A stretch of 64,000 nucleotides of DNA from Acidimicrobiia bacterium (lineage in GTDB: Bacteria > Actinomycetota > Acidimicrobiia > Spongiisociales > ZC4RG35): positions 599 to 64,598 of the forward strand of contig JBIOVB010000009.1 of the NCBI GenBank assembly GCA_044867525.1, written 5' to 3'. Both the position numbers and the translations under genes were made by a program. Of this stretch, positions 16,574 through 29,879 are shown piece by piece (position 1 is the first letter of the stretch; each line of letters begins with the position of its first letter). The notes below the pieces were generated by a model, which saw only the letters and a program-made list of their open reading frames with translations, had not been told where the DNA came from and did not search any database.

Positions 16574-18334
16574 CTATTCCCGGTCGTCGGCCGACGACGA
16601 GCGGTTTCGCATGGCGAGAAACGCCCCGACGATGACGACCACACCGGCGGCGATCCCGCCCCAGAGCAACCAATTGGTCCCGGACTCACCGCCACTCTCG
16701 CTCCCGACCGGGGTCAGCAGGGCATAGCTTGGTGACGTCTGGGCGAAGATGATCGGCCCGGTGTCCGCCGGCTGGCGCACCCATCCCTCGAAGCGGTCGG
16801 TGCGATAGGCCTGGATCTCGGCTTCTACCAACAATGGGAAGTAGACCGCCGCCTCGTGGAACACGGTCAACATCTCGTGCACTATCTCGATTCGCCGCTC
16901 GGGGTCGATCTCCTGCTTCTGCTCCACATAGAGCTCCTCATACCTGGGGTCGCTCCAGTTGGCGTCGTTGTAATTGCCAAGCTCGGCCTCGGTGAAGTAG
17001 GAGAGCATCGGGTCCGGATCGACAAAAGGCACCCAATCCCAAAGGAAGGTGTCGTAGGTCCCGTCGATGATCGACTGGAACAGCTGGTCGCTGTCCTGAG
17101 GCTCGAGGGTCACCCCGATCCCGATCGCCTCCATCCAGCCGGTGAACAGGTCGGCAAAAGGCTGGGCCGTCTCGTCGCTGGTGAGAACGCCGTGGCGGAG
17201 GACGATCGGATTGGTCCCGTCTGGCATCTCCCGGATTCCGTCACCATCGGTGTCGAGGTAGCCGCCCTCGTCGAGCAGCTGGTTCGCCAGGTCGGGGTCG
17301 TAGTTGAAACGCTGGTCCTCGGGGATGTCCGGAACCCACTTCAGGTCGGCGCCGGGGCTGATGGTCTCGATCGGCTCGACGAGCCCGTACCAGACGTCAT
17401 CGATGAATGCCTGCTCGTCGAGGGCGTGACCGATCGCCCGCCGGACATTGATGTCTGCGAGGGCAGGATGCGGCTGTCCCTCGGCGGCGCCACCGTTGAT
17501 GGCGAGCTCATAGAACCCGCCCTGCGCGCCCACCACTAGCTCTATGTTCTCCGCTCCCTCCATCGCTTCCACGGACCCAGGGGGGATGTCGCTGATGGCA
17601 TCGAGCTCACCGTTCTGGAACGAGGCGACCATGGCGTCGGAGTTGGAGAAGAGCTGGAACACGACGCGATCGATGGGCGGTTCCTCCCCCTCCCACCCCC
17701 AGTAGTTCGGGTTTGCAACCAGGGTGACCGACTGGTCATCGATGAACTCGTCAATCACGAACGGTCCACTGCCCACACCGTCGAGGCCGTCGTACGTGGC
17801 CACGGCCTCGGCGTCGGTGGCCACCTCCTCCCAGACATGCTTGGGGACCAGGTAGACGTCCATCGTCGGCAATTTGGGGTCGGGCACCGAGGACACGATC
17901 TCGACCGTTCTCTCATCGACCACCGTGGCTATCAGGTTTTGGGTCGTCGAGATGTGATTGGCCCAGCCCTGCTCAACAGAGGTGTTGATGTTCCAGGCGA
18001 CATCCTCGGCAGTGATGGGCTCACCATCAGACCAGAGCAGGCCCTCACGGAGCGTGTAGGTGTAGCTGAGCCCGGGCTCGTTCTCCTCCCAGGACTCGGC
18101 GAGGCCCTCGATCACGGAGAAATCATCGGCGGATTTGTCGGTGAGAGTTGCGTAATGGAGGTTCCAGATCTCGTACTCCGCCACCAGGAAGCCGGCCATC
18201 GGGTTCAGGTTGTCGACAGTGAGCGGGGATCCCACCCTGAGCACGACATCGTCGTCCTCCTCTTGAGCCGACGCGATCGGCACCATCAGGGCGGCCAGGG
18301 ACAAGGCAACGAGTAGGACGACGATCCGTTTCAT
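16574..18334 (-). CDS. ABC transporter substrate-binding protein, family 5 (peptide/nickel), with a C-terminal TM anchor
   Basis: The start is ATG 18334 (GGAGAG 9 nt upstream). The signal peptide 'MKRIVVLLVALSLAALMVPIASA' has no lipobox Cys. The family-5 SBP body is followed by a C-terminal 'GTNWLLWGGIAAGVVVIVGAFLAMRNR' hydrophobic helix plus a basic stop. Confidence 0.85.
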   Translation of the reverse strand: MKRIVVLLVALSLAALMVPIASAQEEDDDVVLRVGSPLTVDNLNPMAGFLVAEYEIWNLHYATLTDKSADDFSVIEGLAESWEENEPGLSYTYTLREGLLWSDGEPITAEDVAWNINTSVEQGWANHISTTQNLIATVVDERTVEIVSSVPDPKLPTMDVYLVPKHVWEEVATDAEAVATYDGLDGVGSGPFVIDEFIDDQSVTLVANPNYWGWEGEEPPIDRVVFQLFSNSDAMVASFQNGELDAISDIPPGSVEAMEGAENIELVVGAQGGFYELAINGGAAEGQPHPALADINVRRAIGHALDEQAFIDDVWYGLVEPIETISPGADLKWVPDIPEDQRFNYDPDLANQLLDEGGYLDTDGDGIREMPDGTNPIVLRHGVLTSDETAQPFADLFTGWMEAIGIGVTLEPQDSDQLFQSIIDGTYDTFLWDWVPFVDPDPMLSYFTEAELGNYNDANWSDPRYEELYVEQKQEIDPERRIEIVHEMLTVFHEAAVYFPLLVEAEIQAYRTDRFEGWVRQPADTGPIIFAQTSPSYALLTPVGSESGGESGTNWLLWGGIAAGVVVIVGAFLAMRNRSSSADDRE

Positions 18335-18417
18335 CAGGGCTGACTCTCCGTTCAAGATTCCGACGGCTGGAATCTAGATAGCGATTCGAGGCGGTGTCGG
18401 ACCGACCCACTGCGTGG

Positions 18418-18894
18418 TCAATGGGGGTAGGCAGCCAGCGCGCGCTCGATGACGGTGAGCGCCTCTTCCCTGGGACGCCATCCAATCACCGCCGTCTTCT
18501 TTTTCTCCAATTCCTTATAGACCTGGAAGAAATGCTCGACCTCACTGAGCACGTGGGCCGGGACATCCGCCAGGTTCTCGGCGTCGGGCCACAGCGGGTC
18601 GCCGATGGGAATGCTCAGCACCTTGTGGTCGGCATGGCCCTGGTCCTCCATGAGGAACACACCGAGCGGGCGAACTCGGATCCGGCACCCGGGAAACGTG
18701 GGCTCATTGACCAGGGCCATGATGTCGAGCGGGTCGCCGTCCTCGGCGAGCGTGTTGGGGATGAACCCGTAGTCGGCCGGATACCGGGTGGCGGTGAACA
18801 GCATCCGGTCGAGGAAGATCTCCCCGGTCTCGTGGTCGGTCTCGTATTTGTTGCGGCTCCCCTTGGGGATCTCCACGACCATGGTCACTTCCAT
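18418..18894 (-). CDS. ppa: Inorganic pyrophosphatase (family I)
   Basis: 158 aa. 'VVEIPKGSRNKYE...DRMLFTATRYPADYGFIPNTLAEDGDPLD' matches the canonical family I PPase. AAGGAG RBS. Confidence 0.95.
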   Translation of the reverse strand: MEVTMVVEIPKGSRNKYETDHETGEIFLDRMLFTATRYPADYGFIPNTLAEDGDPLDIMALVNEPTFPGCRIRVRPLGVFLMEDQGHADHKVLSIPIGDPLWPDAENLADVPAHVLSEVEHFFQVYKELEKKKTAVIGWRPREEALTVIERALAAYPH

Positions 18895-18918
18895 ATCGAC
18901 CTCACTCCTTCAACTCGA

Positions 18919-18966
18919 TTCTCTCGCGCCGTTGTCCACCCATAGGTCGACAACGGCGCGATAAAA
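18919..18966. repeat. GC-rich palindromic repeat element, copy 2
   Basis: The sequence is 'TTCTCTCGCGCCGTTGTCCACC-cata-GGTCGACAACGGCGCGATAAAA'. It has the same orientation as copy 1 and roughly 90% identity including the flanks (CGATTCTC ... AAAACGGGGG). Confidence 0.8.
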
Positions 18967-18993
18967 CGGGGGAGGTCGGGGGAGGTCGTGACC

Positions 18994-20889
18994 TCACATC
19001 GGTACCTGGGTCCCGATCTCCATCACCTGCTCCGACGGTAGGCCGAACTGGACCGCAGCACTCGATGAGTTGCGATGGAGAAAGCTGAACAACCGGGCCC
19101 GCCACGCGCGAAAGCCCTTGCCGGGCTCCACGACCACGGACTCCCTCCCGATGAAGTAGCTGGAGTCGGAGGGGTCGAACCCGAACTCGGTGTCCACGAT
19201 GCTCGCCAAGGCAACGGGAACGTCGGGCTCCTCCATGAATCCGTAATCGAGGATCACCTGGTAGAAGTCGTCGCCCAGATCGTGGATGGTGGCCCGCCGC
19301 GCCTGGGGGACCTTCGCCACATTGGCAGCGCGCACCGTGAGCAGGACGATGGTCTCGTGGAGGATCTCATTGTGCCGCAGATTGGAGAGCATCGCCGGCG
19401 GCGCAAACCCGGGCTCTCGAACCAGGTACACCGCTGTCCCCGGGACACGTCGTTGCGGGTGTTGCGCGATCGACGCGATGAAACGCTCGATGGGAACCTG
19501 GCCCTGGCGCATCTCCATGGAGAGGTCGCGCCGTCCCCGGCGCCAGGTGACCATGACCACGAAGATCACCGCTCCCACCACCAACGGGACCCATCCTCCG
19601 GCCGGGATCTTCACGATGTTGGCCGCGAAGAAGGCAAGGTCGACAAACAGGAACAGCGATAGGAGCGACCCTGCCTGGAGCCGGGTCCAACCCCAGCGCT
19701 CCCTCGCCACTCGGTACAGCACCAGGGTGGTGATCACCATCGTCGAGGTCACCGCGACCCCATAGGCCGCGGCCAGGTTGCTGGAGGTGCGGAAGGAGAG
19801 GACCAGGCCGATGCAAGCCGCCATCAGGACCCAGTTGATGGAGTCCACATACACCTGACCGATCTCTCTTGGCGAGGTGTGGTCGATGTCCACCCGGGGG
19901 AGGAACCCGAGTTGCACCGCTTGCATGGTCATGGAGTAGGCCCCGGAAATCAGCGCCTGGGAGGCGATCACCGTCGCCGCGGTGGCCAACAGGACCAGTG
20001 GGGCGAGGAACCAGGCCGGGGCCATGCGGTAAAACGGGTTGTCGATGGCGCCCGGATCTGCCAGCACCAAGGCTCCCTGCCCGAAATAATTGAGGAGCAG
20101 GGCAGGGAAGACCACGAAGACCCACCCCAGTCGGATCGGGCGTCGTCCGAAATGCCCCATATCGGCATACAAGGCCTCGCTCCCGGTGGCGACGAGGAAG
20201 ATCGCGCCGAGGGCGAGGAAGGAGATCCTCGGGTTGTCGACGATGAATTGGATGCCATACGCCGGGTTGACCGCGATCAGGACCGCGGGGTCGGCGAGGA
20301 TCCGAACCACCCCGAGAATCCCGATGGTGGCAAACCAAACGATCATCACCGGCCCGAACACTGCTCCCACGGTCCCGGTCCCGGTTCGCTGGATGGCAAA
20401 GAGGGCGATCAGGATCACGATCGAGATCGGGACCACCCATGCGGCTGCCGCCGGGGCCACTATCTCGATGCCCTCCACCGCGGAGAGCACAGAGATCGCC
20501 GGGGTGATCATCCCGTCGCCATAGAGGAGGGCAGTCCCGAACAGGCCGAGGAGGATCAGGACCCGCTGCGCACCCCGCACCTTGATCCTCCGGTTGGGAG
20601 GCAGGATCAGGGCGGTGAGCGCGAGGATCCCACCCTCGCCAGCGTTGTCGGCGCGGAGCACGAACACCAGGTATTTGATGGAGACGATGATGACCAGCGC
20701 CCAGAACATCAGGGAGAGGACGCCGAGGACATGGGCCCTGGTCACCGCCATCTCGGAGCTGTGAAAAGCCTCTCTCATCGCATAGAGGGGACTGGTGCCG
20801 ATATCGCCATAGACCACGCCAAGGGCACCGACGGAGAGAAGGAGCAAGTAGCGGGGTGACCGGGACCGGTCGGGATTGCCGTGAGTCAT
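18994..20889 (-). CDS. kup: KUP/HAK/KT potassium uptake transporter
   Basis: The start is ATG 20889 within ORF 18994..21033. The signature 'LSVGALGVVYGDIGTSPLYAMREAF' is followed by about 12 TM segments and a cytoplasmic C-domain. Confidence 0.9.
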   Translation of the reverse strand: MTHGNPDRSRSPRYLLLLSVGALGVVYGDIGTSPLYAMREAFHSSEMAVTRAHVLGVLSLMFWALVIIVSIKYLVFVLRADNAGEGGILALTALILPPNRRIKVRGAQRVLILLGLFGTALLYGDGMITPAISVLSAVEGIEIVAPAAAAWVVPISIVILIALFAIQRTGTGTVGAVFGPVMIVWFATIGILGVVRILADPAVLIAVNPAYGIQFIVDNPRISFLALGAIFLVATGSEALYADMGHFGRRPIRLGWVFVVFPALLLNYFGQGALVLADPGAIDNPFYRMAPAWFLAPLVLLATAATVIASQALISGAYSMTMQAVQLGFLPRVDIDHTSPREIGQVYVDSINWVLMAACIGLVLSFRTSSNLAAAYGVAVTSTMVITTLVLYRVARERWGWTRLQAGSLLSLFLFVDLAFFAANIVKIPAGGWVPLVVGAVIFVVMVTWRRGRRDLSMEMRQGQVPIERFIASIAQHPQRRVPGTAVYLVREPGFAPPAMLSNLRHNEILHETIVLLTVRAANVAKVPQARRATIHDLGDDFYQVILDYGFMEEPDVPVALASIVDTEFGFDPSDSSYFIGRESVVVEPGKGFRAWRARLFSFLHRNSSSAAVQFGLPSEQVMEIGTQVPM

Positions 20890-20977
20890 GGCGTAACGAG
20901 CCACTGTATCGGCGCCCGCGGAGGTAACCCACCTTCTGCGCAGGGCGCCGCCAACCGGCGGCGGCACCTGCAAAGGG

Positions 20978-25348
<4,371 letters not shown>

Positions 25349-25429
25349 GGGCTCCCCGATCGGGAGCGAGAAAGTGTAAACCGGGATTTCCAGCTCGATG
25401 CGGGAACATCCACCTCTGCGCCCACAGGG

Positions 25430-26593
25430 CTAGGGCCCCAGGCCTTCCTTCATCCTCCCAATCGCCTTCCCCAGCGTCGCTTCGTCCTTGCAGAATGCGA
25501 ATCGAACCAAACCCGCCCCTTCCGCGGGGTCGTGATAGAACACGCTCGGAGGGATCGCTACCACCCTCGCCGCCTCCGCCAGGTGCCGGCAGAACGCCCG
25601 ATCATCGGAAAAGCCGAATGCGCGATGCCCCGCCATCATGAAATAGGTGCCCTGAGGCGGATACACCTCGAGCCCGACCTCCTCGAGACCATGGGCCAGA
25701 AGCTCCCGTTTCGACGAGTAGGCCGCCCGCAGCTCGTCGTAGAGACTCGCCGGCGCTCCCAACGCGGCGATCGCCCCATGCTGCACCGGCGTGGGGGTGG
25801 TGAAGGTCAGGAACTGGTGGGCGGCCCGCAATCCGGCCGTGAGGTGCGAGGGACCGATCCCCCAGCCCACCTTCCAACCGGTGAGCGAGAAGGTCTTGCC
25901 CAATGAGGAAAGGGTGAGGGTCCGCTCCCACATGCCGTCGAAAGTGGCGAGCCTGAGATGCGGGGCGCTGAAGGTCATCTCCTCGTACACCTCGTCGGTG
26001 ATCGCGATCACATCGAACTCCGAGCAGAGCGCTGCGATCAGACCCAGCTCCTGTTCGGAGAACACCCGCCCGGTTGGGTTGTGCGGGTTGTTGACCAGAA
26101 TCGCCTTGGTCTGTGGCGAGAAAGCCGACCGCAGAGCTTCGGGGTCGAGAGCGAAGTCCGGGGGCCGCAAGGTCACGAACCTGGGGATGGCGCCGGCCAT
26201 TGCCAGGCACACCGGGTAGGAGTCGTAGCTGGGCTCGATGAGAATCACCTCGTCACCCGGGTTGACCAGCCCGAGCACGGAGGCTGCCAGGGCTTCGGTG
26301 CAACCACAGGTCACCGTGATCTCGTCGGCCGCATCGAGCTCCCTCCCGAACAGTGGCCCGTAACGATGAGCCAGGGCTTCCCGTAGCGCAGGGACACCGG
26401 CGCTGGGCGGGTATTGGTCATGGCCACCCTCGGACAGCGAGCGGGCGGCGGCAGCTTTCACGAAGTCGGCGCCATCCCAGTTGGGAAAGCCCTGACCGAG
26501 ATTGACGGCCCCGTGCTGCTGGGCGAGGGCGGTCATCTCGCTGAAGATGGTGACCCCGAAAGGGGCCAGCCGATCAGAGACGGCCACGGTCAC
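25430..26593 (-). CDS. Class I/II PLP-dependent aminotransferase (KAT / YbdL / DapC-like)
   Basis: 'NLGQGFPNWD', 'NPHNPTGRVF' and the PLP-lysine context 'SSLGKTFSLTGWKVGW' are present. Confidence 0.9.
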   Translation of the reverse strand: MTVAVSDRLAPFGVTIFSEMTALAQQHGAVNLGQGFPNWDGADFVKAAAARSLSEGGHDQYPPSAGVPALREALAHRYGPLFGRELDAADEITVTCGCTEALAASVLGLVNPGDEVILIEPSYDSYPVCLAMAGAIPRFVTLRPPDFALDPEALRSAFSPQTKAILVNNPHNPTGRVFSEQELGLIAALCSEFDVIAITDEVYEEMTFSAPHLRLATFDGMWERTLTLSSLGKTFSLTGWKVGWGIGPSHLTAGLRAAHQFLTFTTPTPVQHGAIAALGAPASLYDELRAAYSSKRELLAHGLEEVGLEVYPPQGTYFMMAGHRAFGFSDDRAFCRHLAEAARVVAIPPSVFYHDPAEGAGLVRFAFCKDEATLGKAIGRMKEGLGP

Positions 26594-26596
26594 GGA

Positions 26597-27310
26597 CTAG
26601 GCCGAGACCTCCCAGACTCTCGCCGTCCACAGGAGCCGGCTCCCTCGCTCGGTGAGCTCGATGACCTTCTCCTTGATCAACCCGATCACGGCGGGTTGCT
26701 CGGCGAGGGCCGAGGGAAGCGGGATACTCCGTTCGGAGAGCTGTCGGATCGAGCCGAAAAGGGAGCGAGCCTTGTTCAGGATCGAGGTCTCGTCCTGGAG
26801 AGTGCCGGTGGGGAGAAGGAGCTTGCCGCCCTTGCTCAGGATCCGCTTCGCCTCATCGAGCATCCTCATCGGCAGCTCGGCTCCACTGGGGCCGCCGGAC
26901 AACCCGGAGGGGAACCAACCAGACACCGTCGCCAGGTCGTCGGGGATGCCGGAAACGTCACCGATCACCACGTCTGCCTCGACCCCGTCCGGAATCGGTC
27001 CGAACATGTCACCCTGGAAGAACGTGGTGCGATCGGAAACACCCTGAGCCTCGGCGTTGGAGGTGGCGATCTCCACGGTCTCCGCCGCGGCATCAACACC
27101 GTAGACCCGGCCGGCACCGAGCTTGGCGGCGACGATCGAGAGCACCCCGGAGCCGCATCCGGCGTCAACGACCACCGAGCCTTTCCGGATATCCATCGAC
27201 TCCGCAAGAAGAGTTGAGATCGTGGACGGCCGGAACGTGTCCCGAGCCACTTTCAGCTCGAAAGGCCCACAACGGCCCTTCCACACGATGGTTTCAGTGT
27301 TCATATGCAT
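26597..27310 (-). CDS. Class I SAM-dependent methyltransferase
   Basis: Motif I 'VVDAGCGSGVLSIVAAKLGAGRVYGVD' and the post-I/II motif 'FFQGDMF...VVIGDV' are present. It starts 3 nt downstream of the aminotransferase gene's stop. Confidence 0.75.
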   Translation of the reverse strand: MHMNTETIVWKGRCGPFELKVARDTFRPSTISTLLAESMDIRKGSVVVDAGCGSGVLSIVAAKLGAGRVYGVDAAAETVEIATSNAEAQGVSDRTTFFQGDMFGPIPDGVEADVVIGDVSGIPDDLATVSGWFPSGLSGGPSGAELPMRMLDEAKRILSKGGKLLLPTGTLQDETSILNKARSLFGSIRQLSERSIPLPSALAEQPAVIGLIKEKVIELTERGSRLLWTARVWEVSA

Positions 27311-27364
27311 TACAAGGATATCGGACCTGAGAGCTCAAGAGCCGACGAATCCGCGAAAAATGCC

Positions 27365-28741
27365 TCATCTGGTCCCGACCCGGCCTGCGATGAAGTCCCG
27401 GTACCAATTCCCGCTGCCCTTGATCGTCCGCTCCATCGTGTCCAGGTCGACACGCACTATCCCGAACCGCTTCTCGTAGCCCCGGGCCCACTCGAAATTG
27501 TCGAGCAGGGACCAGACGAAGTAGCCGCCGACGTCCACCCCATTGGCGATGGCGGCATGTATCGCCTCGATGTGACCCTGGAGGTATGCAGTTCGGGCGT
27601 GATCGTCTATAGATCCGTCGGGTGAGACCTCGTCCGGGTAGGCGGCGCCGTTCTCGCACACGTAGAGGGGCAGGCCGGGATGCTCCCTCCCGATCCGCTC
27701 CAGCATCCACCGCAGGCCTTCGGGCTCCACACCCCAGCCCATCTCGGTCAGCTCGCCGGGCGGTCGGGCAATCCGTGCCTCCCAAGCCCCCGGCCACGGT
27801 CCCATCGGCTCCGCTCCTGGGACGTGTTGGACGTGATTTACGTTGTAGTAGTTGACCCCCAGGAAATCGATGGGCTCCACTGCCGACGCCAGCTCCGCGA
27901 GGTCGATCTGGTCGGCCACGTCGTACCGGTCGATCATCTCGAGTACGTCGTCGGGGTAAGTGCCGTCGAACACCGCTCCGGTGAACAGGCGGTTGGAGAC
28001 CGCATCCACCAGCGATGCAGCGACAGCATCCTCCGCGGAATCCGTGGCCGGCCACGCCGGGATCAGGTTGAGGACGATCCCAAATTGGTCGGCGTCCGGC
28101 GGGCTGGAGGCTCTCATCGCCCGAATCCCTGCGTGATGGGCCAGCATCAAGTGATGGGCGGCCACGAACGACCTCGGGGAGTCCTTGATCCCCGGTGCGT
28201 GCTCGCCGGAGCTGTGGCCGAGAAACGCCGAGCACCAGGGCTCATTGAGGGTGGCCCACACCTGAATCAGGTCCCCGAGAGACTCCTTGGCGGCGGAGGC
28301 ATAGCGAGCGAACCAGTCAACCGACTCCCGATTGAGCCAACCGCCACGGTCCTGCAGCGACTGGGGCAGGTCCCAGTGATACAGGGTCGCCACCGGGGTG
28401 ATCCCGGCACCCACCAGCTCCTTGCACAGCCGCCGATAGAAGTCGATTCCTGCCTCGTTGATCCGCCCGGTGCCTTCGGGGAGGATCCGTGGCCAGGATA
28501 TGGAGAAGCGATACGCGTTCACGCCGAGATCGGCCATCAGTGCCACGTCATCGGCGAAGCGGTGATAGTGGTCGACGGCTTGGTCGCCGTTGTCTCCGTT
28601 GTGAGTGAGCCCGGGTGTGTGGCTGAAGGTGTCCCAGATCGACGGGCCGCGCCCGTCTTCGGCGACGGCCCCTTCCACTTGATAGGAGGCAGTGGCCACC
28701 CCCCACAGGAAGCCGGGTGCGAAGTCCGATGATTTGGTCAT
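27365..28741 (-). CDS. GH1 beta-glucosidase
   Basis: The start is ATG 28741 within ORF 27365..29500. 'FLWGVATASYQVEG', the acid/base 'TLNEPW' and the nucleophile 'YVCENG' are present. Confidence 0.92.
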   Translation of the reverse strand: MTKSSDFAPGFLWGVATASYQVEGAVAEDGRGPSIWDTFSHTPGLTHNGDNGDQAVDHYHRFADDVALMADLGVNAYRFSISWPRILPEGTGRINEAGIDFYRRLCKELVGAGITPVATLYHWDLPQSLQDRGGWLNRESVDWFARYASAAKESLGDLIQVWATLNEPWCSAFLGHSSGEHAPGIKDSPRSFVAAHHLMLAHHAGIRAMRASSPPDADQFGIVLNLIPAWPATDSAEDAVAASLVDAVSNRLFTGAVFDGTYPDDVLEMIDRYDVADQIDLAELASAVEPIDFLGVNYYNVNHVQHVPGAEPMGPWPGAWEARIARPPGELTEMGWGVEPEGLRWMLERIGREHPGLPLYVCENGAAYPDEVSPDGSIDDHARTAYLQGHIEAIHAAIANGVDVGGYFVWSLLDNFEWARGYEKRFGIVRVDLDTMERTIKGSGNWYRDFIAGRVGTR

Positions 28742-28776
28742 TGCAGTTTCATACTCGCTGTTCTCGGACCCGGTGC

Positions 28777-29877
28777 CTACTTCTGCACACCGGATAGGTC
28801 GATGCCCTTGAGGAACACCCGCTGGGCGAAGAGGAACACCATGACCGGGATGATCAGGGCGAGCAGGGCGCCGGACTGGATGAGGTTGGGCTGGCTGTCG
28901 TAGGTGGTGTTGAAAGAGCGCAAACCTACCGAGATCGGCTGCAGGTCGACGCGGGTCGACAGGTAGATCATGGGCTCGAAGAAATCGTTCCAGGCGAAAT
29001 AGAAATGGAACAGGGATACAGCCACGATCGGGGCTTTCATCTGAGGCAGGATCACAGACCAGAGGGTGCGGAACGGGCCGGCGCCGTCGATGGTCGCCGC
29101 CTCGTCCAACTCCCTGGGGATGGTGAGGAAGTATTGGCGGAGCAGGAACACGTTGAAGGCGTTGGCGAAGAAGTGGGGGACAATGAGGGGGGCCCAGGTC
29201 CCAACCCATCCGATGCGATAGAAGATGGCGTAGGTGGGGACCAGGGTCACGAAGCGAGGAAGGATGATCGTTGCTATCAGCACCACCATTATCGACCCGG
29301 CGAAGGGGACCTGGAACCGGGCCAGGCCGTATGCGACCAGGATCGAAGACATCACCGCACCGAGCGTGCCGAGGCCCGCGATGACCAGGGTGTTTCGAAG
29401 CAGGTTGGGGAAGTTCATCAACTCCCAGGCCCGTGCAAAGTTCCCCCACTGTGGGTCGAATGTGTAGGCGGCCTCGAGGACCCTCCAGTTCCCTTCCCAC
29501 TCGATCGGGCCTGCGCCGGGATCGGCGGGGTCGATGAACTGGGATACCTGGCGCCCAGGTTGCAGCATCGCCAGCTCGAGCTCGGTGCCGTCTGGCATGG
29601 GAACCGTGTACATCGACAGCTGTTCCCCCTCATATTCGAAGGTGCCCGGCGAGCTGGGCAGGATCGGGCCGGCGAGGTTGCCGATCATCTGCTCCGACTT
29701 GACCGAGGTCACCAGCATGTAACCCAGCGGCAACAGGAAGACAAAGAGGATCAGGCCGGTGATCCCGGTGATCAGCCAGCCCTTGCGCCACTGCGACGAG
29801 GGCGGTGGCTTTTCGATCAATGGCCCGGTGGCACGGATCCTGAGCGTCTCCCGGCTCTCACTCACGTCGACAGCCAT
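28777..29877 (-). CDS. Carbohydrate ABC transporter permease (CebG/MalG-like) with a long extracytoplasmic loop
   Basis: The start is ATG 29877, 2 nt after the upstream stop. A loop of about 120 aa lies between TM1 and TM2. The EAA loop is 'ELDEAATIDGAGPFRTLWSVILP'. Confidence 0.88.
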   Translation of the reverse strand: MAVDVSESRETLRIRATGPLIEKPPPSSQWRKGWLITGITGLILFVFLLPLGYMLVTSVKSEQMIGNLAGPILPSSPGTFEYEGEQLSMYTVPMPDGTELELAMLQPGRQVSQFIDPADPGAGPIEWEGNWRVLEAAYTFDPQWGNFARAWELMNFPNLLRNTLVIAGLGTLGAVMSSILVAYGLARFQVPFAGSIMVVLIATIILPRFVTLVPTYAIFYRIGWVGTWAPLIVPHFFANAFNVFLLRQYFLTIPRELDEAATIDGAGPFRTLWSVILPQMKAPIVAVSLFHFYFAWNDFFEPMIYLSTRVDLQPISVGLRSFNTTYDSQPNLIQSGALLALIIPVMVFLFAQRVFLKGIDLSGVQK

Positions 29878-29879
29878 GC

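Noticed and set aside
19367-20932. A 521-aa alternative-frame minus-strand ORF inside kup. The ORFs at 9582..10631 (minus strand) and 9590..10786 (plus strand) overlapping the sarcosine-oxidase-like gene are of the same kind.
   Set aside because: These are out-of-frame or antisense overlaps of confidently identified genes. Their products are Arg/Pro/Gly-rich with no family resemblance.
20890-20977. A possible riboswitch (for example cyclic-di-AMP/ydaO type) in the kup leader.
   Set aside because: The gap is only 88 nt, which is shorter than that riboswitch class. I could not trace its conserved helices by eye. A covariance-model scan would be needed to revive the idea.
27365-29500. Long N-terminal extensions of real genes in the ORF track (371..1516, 2604..4226, 8242..9609, 14689..16278, 27365..29500, 28777..30729, 55252..57840 and others).
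   Set aside because: The extensions overlap the upstream gene and translate to Arg/Pro-rich sequence. In each case an internal ATG/GTG/TTG gives the family-typical N-terminus, an RBS and/or a 4-nt start-stop overlap. I used the internal starts.
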